Of a stretch of 64,000 nt of DNA, positions 60,541-64,000 are shown one piece after another. A model generated the notes under the pieces. It saw only the letters and a list, made by a program, of their open reading frames with translations. It made no database searches and was not told where the DNA came from. Source of the DNA: an uncultured Poribacteria bacterium. GTDB taxonomy: Bacteria; Poribacteria; WGA-4E; WGA-3G. Position 1 is the stretch's first letter. Every line of letters starts with the position of its first letter. A program made the position numbers and the translations under genes. Where the stretch lies: assembly GCA_951813565.1 (NCBI GenBank), contig OX638351.1:4544001-4608000 (forward strand), given 5' to 3'.

Positions 60541-61781
60541 TTATAAATGAGAACTCTTGTTGTTACTATCACTATCAAAAAAAGAACTGACCGTAATATT
60601 CTTGAGCGTATCAGCTTGAGTTTGTTGAAGTTCTCGAAATAACTGCATCAATTTAGGCGATGCTGGCAACGTATCAGTAAAATGGGCAGTTAGATCTTTA
60701 TCCACAACTGCTACAAGCGAATCAAAGGTGATCTCGCTTAACGAGCAGGCGGGCAGATACCCTTTGTATCACCCTCTACCTCATAAATGAGCTTTGCTGC
60801 TTTAAAATGATTAAAAATTTTATGGACTAATGATTCAGAAACTCTTGCCGTTGCAGCAGCATCTGCAGCTGAACATGCCCCCTTACCTTCATGAAAGTTT
60901 GCTGCAACAATGAGAAATAGTGTTATGATGCCGAGATCATTGATATAATCGTTGCTTTCGTTGATAATCTTTCCGTACAAACCCTTTTTATAATTGGAAT
61001 ACTGAATTGAGTGCGTCACCTCAACACCTAATAGAATCACAATCCATGTAACGTAAATCCATATAGCCAAGATTACCAACAATGCCAGCGTCCCATAGAC
61101 GGCCTTATAGTTCTGCCACACTAATTCAAAGTAATTGCTAAATACAATCCGTGCGATCTGGAAAAGTGTTCCTGCTATAACTGCGCCGATCAGTGCAGCT
61201 TTCCAGTGGACGGTAGGGTTAGGTAAGGATATATACATGAAAAACAAGAAAAAACAGATTAAAATTCACGGAAATAGGTTTGCCAGCAACCGATTATTGA
61301 CACCTGAAAAAATGAAAAAGATGACAAGTGGTCCTACCAACAACAGCATGCAAAAGAGTAAGTATTTCTGGAACGCTTTTACAAACGGCAAACGCTGATG
61401 GCTACCCCAAATATCATTGAAATGCCCTTCAATAGACATAAACAAGATTACGGAAACCACAAGGAATAGTAGAAAACCACCTATACCGAGCCCTGTTAGA
61501 TTTCTGTTGGTAAATTCTGATATCCCTGCTACTATTTCGTCTGCTCTATAACGTGGGAAGAAATTGTTCAAGGTAGCTATCAACGGAGATTCTTCATTTT
61601 CAACGACTCCGAAGGTTTTGAGTAAGTAGAGCGTAACCGCTGACAAAGGCACAAAACCGATGAGTGAACTAAACGCAAGCGATGCAGCATGATGAAAACA
61701 TTTATGTTGCTTGAATTGAGATAATACGTTTACACTGATCCCGCCAAAATGTGTGAAGAATGACCTAAGTGAAGGAAACAT
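60541..61781 (-). pseudogene. YihY/BrkB membrane protein with C-terminal Rrf2-like wHTH; one in-frame TGA and one frameshift
   Basis: AASLAFSSL, IEGHFNDIW, VYGTLA, WIVILLGVE. TGA at 61266-61268 is in frame (NLFP*ILICFF). One extra G at 60760-60762 gives KGYLPACSLSEITF to the stop at 60541. Confidence 0.8.
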
Positions 61782-61938
61782 CTTATATTGTCTAATTTGT
61801 ATGTACAAAGCAGTGAGAAACGGCGGTAAGGTTGAACGTCTGTAACCCTCATCACGGATAACTATATCTACTTTTTGTATCATGCAGTAAGTCTGAAAAA
61901 ACTTGCAGAATTCAGAAACAACCTCATCAAGTTTTAGA

Positions 61939-63798
61939 CTACGATCCCACAGCTAACGCAATTCCGGCACGAATAATGGCTTCTGTATCATAACCATAAC
62001 GGTCATATAATGTATTAACGTCTCCATGCTCAACAAAACGGTCTGGTACACCCAGTGAAGTCACACGGACATCTGTTACACTTTCGGCTGCAAGTGTCTC
62101 AAGTATAGCACTACCAAATCCACCCATCAATACACCATCTTCTACAGTAATGATTTTGCCAATCTGTTTTGCTAAATCTGCGATCAACGTGGTATCCAAA
62201 GGTTTGATAAAGCGTGCATTTACCACTGTTGTTTCTACCCCGGTTTCACTCAAAGTCTGTGCTGCCTCAAGCGCTGGGTATACTCGGTTTCCGAGTGCTA
62301 CAATTAGGAGATCATCACCTTCGCGGCATATCTCGGCTTTTCCAATAGGGAGCGGCATAGGTTCTGATGCCAACTTAGTGCCGATGCCGGTTCCGCGTGG
62401 ATAGCGCAACGCAATAGGACCAATCTCGTAGGTAAGTGCAGTTTTTAGCATGTGCTGCAATTCATTCTCATCTTTTGGTGCCATTGATACAATATTGGGA
62501 ATTGAACGTAGATAAGCAATATCAAAAACGCCATGATGTGTTGGCCCATCAGCGCCAACAATTCCGGCACGATCAAGCGCGAAGACAACGGGTAGATTCT
62601 GAATACAGACATCGTGGAGGACCTGGTCATATCCGCGTTGTAAGAAGGTTGAGTAGATAGCAACGACAGGTTTCAAACCTTCAGTTGCAAGGCCAGCAGC
62701 AAAGGTGACAGCACACTGCTCAGCTAAACCAATATCAAAACACCGATCTGGAAATGCCTCCGAAAACTTGTCTAAACCAGTTCCGCCTAACATAGCAGCT
62801 GTTACACCAATAATCCGTGAATCCTGTTTAGCTTCTTCAATGAGAGTACGGCTGAAAACATCTGTGTATTTAGGCGTTGCGGATGTGGGACGGAGTGATT
62901 TGCCAGTTTTCACGTCAAACTGACCGCTGACGCTATAAAACTTAACTGGGTCTTCTTCGGCAGGAAGATAACCTTTTCCTTTTTTTGTTACAACATGCAC
63001 CAAAATCGGACCAGTTAACTCACGAATACCTGTAAGGACAGGAATTAATGCTTCTAAATCATTGCCATCAAGAGGACCAAAATATCTGAACCCAAATTCC
63101 TCAAACAACGTACCCGGTTTGAGCGATGCTTCAATTTTTTGCGCGAGTGCTTTGGCATCGGAAGAGATAAAGTTCACCAATTCCTTAGCACCCGTACGGA
63201 GACGATTGTAGCCGCGCGAACTAATCAACTTATGGAAATGTTTTGAGATTGCGCCGATAGTAGGGGAAATCGACATCTGGTTATCGTTTAGGATAACGAG
63301 CATGTCCTTTTTGAAGTCCCCCGCGGCGTTTAACCCTTCAAGTGCCATTCCTCCTGTTAAGCCACCATCACCGATAACAGCAATAACCTTGAAGTCATCG
63401 TTATTAACATCACGAGCAGCAGCAATACCTAACGCAGCAGAAATTGAGGTACTTGAATGTCCTGCGCCAAAAACATCGTACTTGCTTTCTTCACGACTTA
63501 AAAATCCGCTAATACCATCGGTTTGCCGAAGTGTATCAAAAGTATCAGCTCGACCTGTAAGTAGTTTGTGCGGATATGCCTGATGCCCTATATCCCAGAT
63601 TAGTTTGTCGCGAGGTGTATCAAAAACTGTATGCAAGGCTATCGCTAATTCGATAGTCCCGAAATTAGGCGCGAAATGTCCGGGATGTTTGGATAGCACC
63701 GCCAATAGATAGGCGCGCATCTCCTCAGCGAGTGTTTCAAGCTCGCCTATATTTAGCGTCTTTAGATCTGCTGGTGACTTAATTTTTTCCAAAACCAT
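61939..63798 (-). CDS. dxs: 1-deoxy-D-xylulose-5-phosphate synthase
   Basis: WDIGHQAYPHK, GHSSTSISA, GDGGLTGG, LNDN.MSI, AIYSTFLQR, GADGPTHHG. Confidence 0.97.
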   Translation of the reverse strand: MVLEKIKSPADLKTLNIGELETLAEEMRAYLLAVLSKHPGHFAPNFGTIELAIALHTVFDTPRDKLIWDIGHQAYPHKLLTGRADTFDTLRQTDGISGFLSREESKYDVFGAGHSSTSISAALGIAAARDVNNDDFKVIAVIGDGGLTGGMALEGLNAAGDFKKDMLVILNDNQMSISPTIGAISKHFHKLISSRGYNRLRTGAKELVNFISSDAKALAQKIEASLKPGTLFEEFGFRYFGPLDGNDLEALIPVLTGIRELTGPILVHVVTKKGKGYLPAEEDPVKFYSVSGQFDVKTGKSLRPTSATPKYTDVFSRTLIEEAKQDSRIIGVTAAMLGGTGLDKFSEAFPDRCFDIGLAEQCAVTFAAGLATEGLKPVVAIYSTFLQRGYDQVLHDVCIQNLPVVFALDRAGIVGADGPTHHGVFDIAYLRSIPNIVSMAPKDENELQHMLKTALTYEIGPIALRYPRGTGIGTKLASEPMPLPIGKAEICREGDDLLIVALGNRVYPALEAAQTLSETGVETTVVNARFIKPLDTTLIADLAKQIGKIITVEDGVLMGGFGSAILETLAAESVTDVRVTSLGVPDRFVEHGDVNTLYDRYGYDTEAIIRAGIALAVGS

Positions 63799-63800
63799 CC

Positions 63801-64000
63801 CTATTCTCCGTTTTCATTTTCGGATATAAATTCCGCTGTGGTGTCCCCATTCTCTTCTTGAGACACGTTTTGCACTCTCACCTCTGCAGCTTCAAGGAGT
63901 TCCCTACACGAACGGACTAAACCAACCCCTTCTTCAAACAGTGTCAGAGACGCGTCTAATTCCAAAGTATCAGGCGATTCTAACGTTTCTACAATCTCTT
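63801..64000 (-). CDS. xseB: Exodeoxyribonuclease VII small subunit, 3' part
   Basis: Manual translation EIVETLESPDTLELDASLTLFEEGVGLVRSCRELLEAAEVRV...; canonical position upstream of dxs. Confidence 0.88.
   Translation of the reverse strand, partial: EIVETLESPDTLELDASLTLFEEGVGLVRSCRELLEAAEVRVQNVSQEENGDTTAEFISENENGE

Noticed and set aside
42043..61268. Genome-wide UGA reassignment to Trp or Gly
   Set aside because: TGA ends conserved genes at expected positions (purQ, tlyA and phyH with ATGA overlaps), and long genes contain no internal TGA.

Overview
Bacterial chromosomal window of about 42% GC (estimated by eye) using the standard genetic code. It most resembles Candidatus Poribacteria, an inference from four PhyH-family dioxygenases, ThuA/Gfo-Idh-MocA/DUF1080 genes, an Rpn-family gene and a recurring C-terminal tail. 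Housekeeping genes include rqcH, purL-purQ, mrp/apbC, a nucleoside-type ABC transporter, and xseB-dxs-yihY-tlyA-tamB-tamA. Accessory DNA includes an IS4-like element at the junction of a 1.5 kb duplication, an IS982, a ThsB-like TIR gene paired with a small membrane protein, an AlbA_2/Schlafen gene, phnY*-phnZ, and many nested MITEs carrying GTAG-type REP hairpins. The most notable observations are: (1) a secreted outer-membrane protein that the ORF track truncates, whose true frame has two in-frame UGA codons in a UxxU (double selenocysteine) motif right after the signal peptide; (2) a ~70-aa protein module inserted in-frame into loops of an SH3b domain, into another copy of itself, and into a POTRA domain of TamA; (3) five secreted proteins of four unrelated families sharing a ~20-aa C-terminal VxxxxKxxxxWGxLK tail, one of them next to a PorV-family barrel gene. 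Several frameshifts fall in homopolymer runs and may be sequencing errors. No rRNA, tRNA or CRISPR array was recognised. All family assignments come from motif recognition by eye; no database searches were run.
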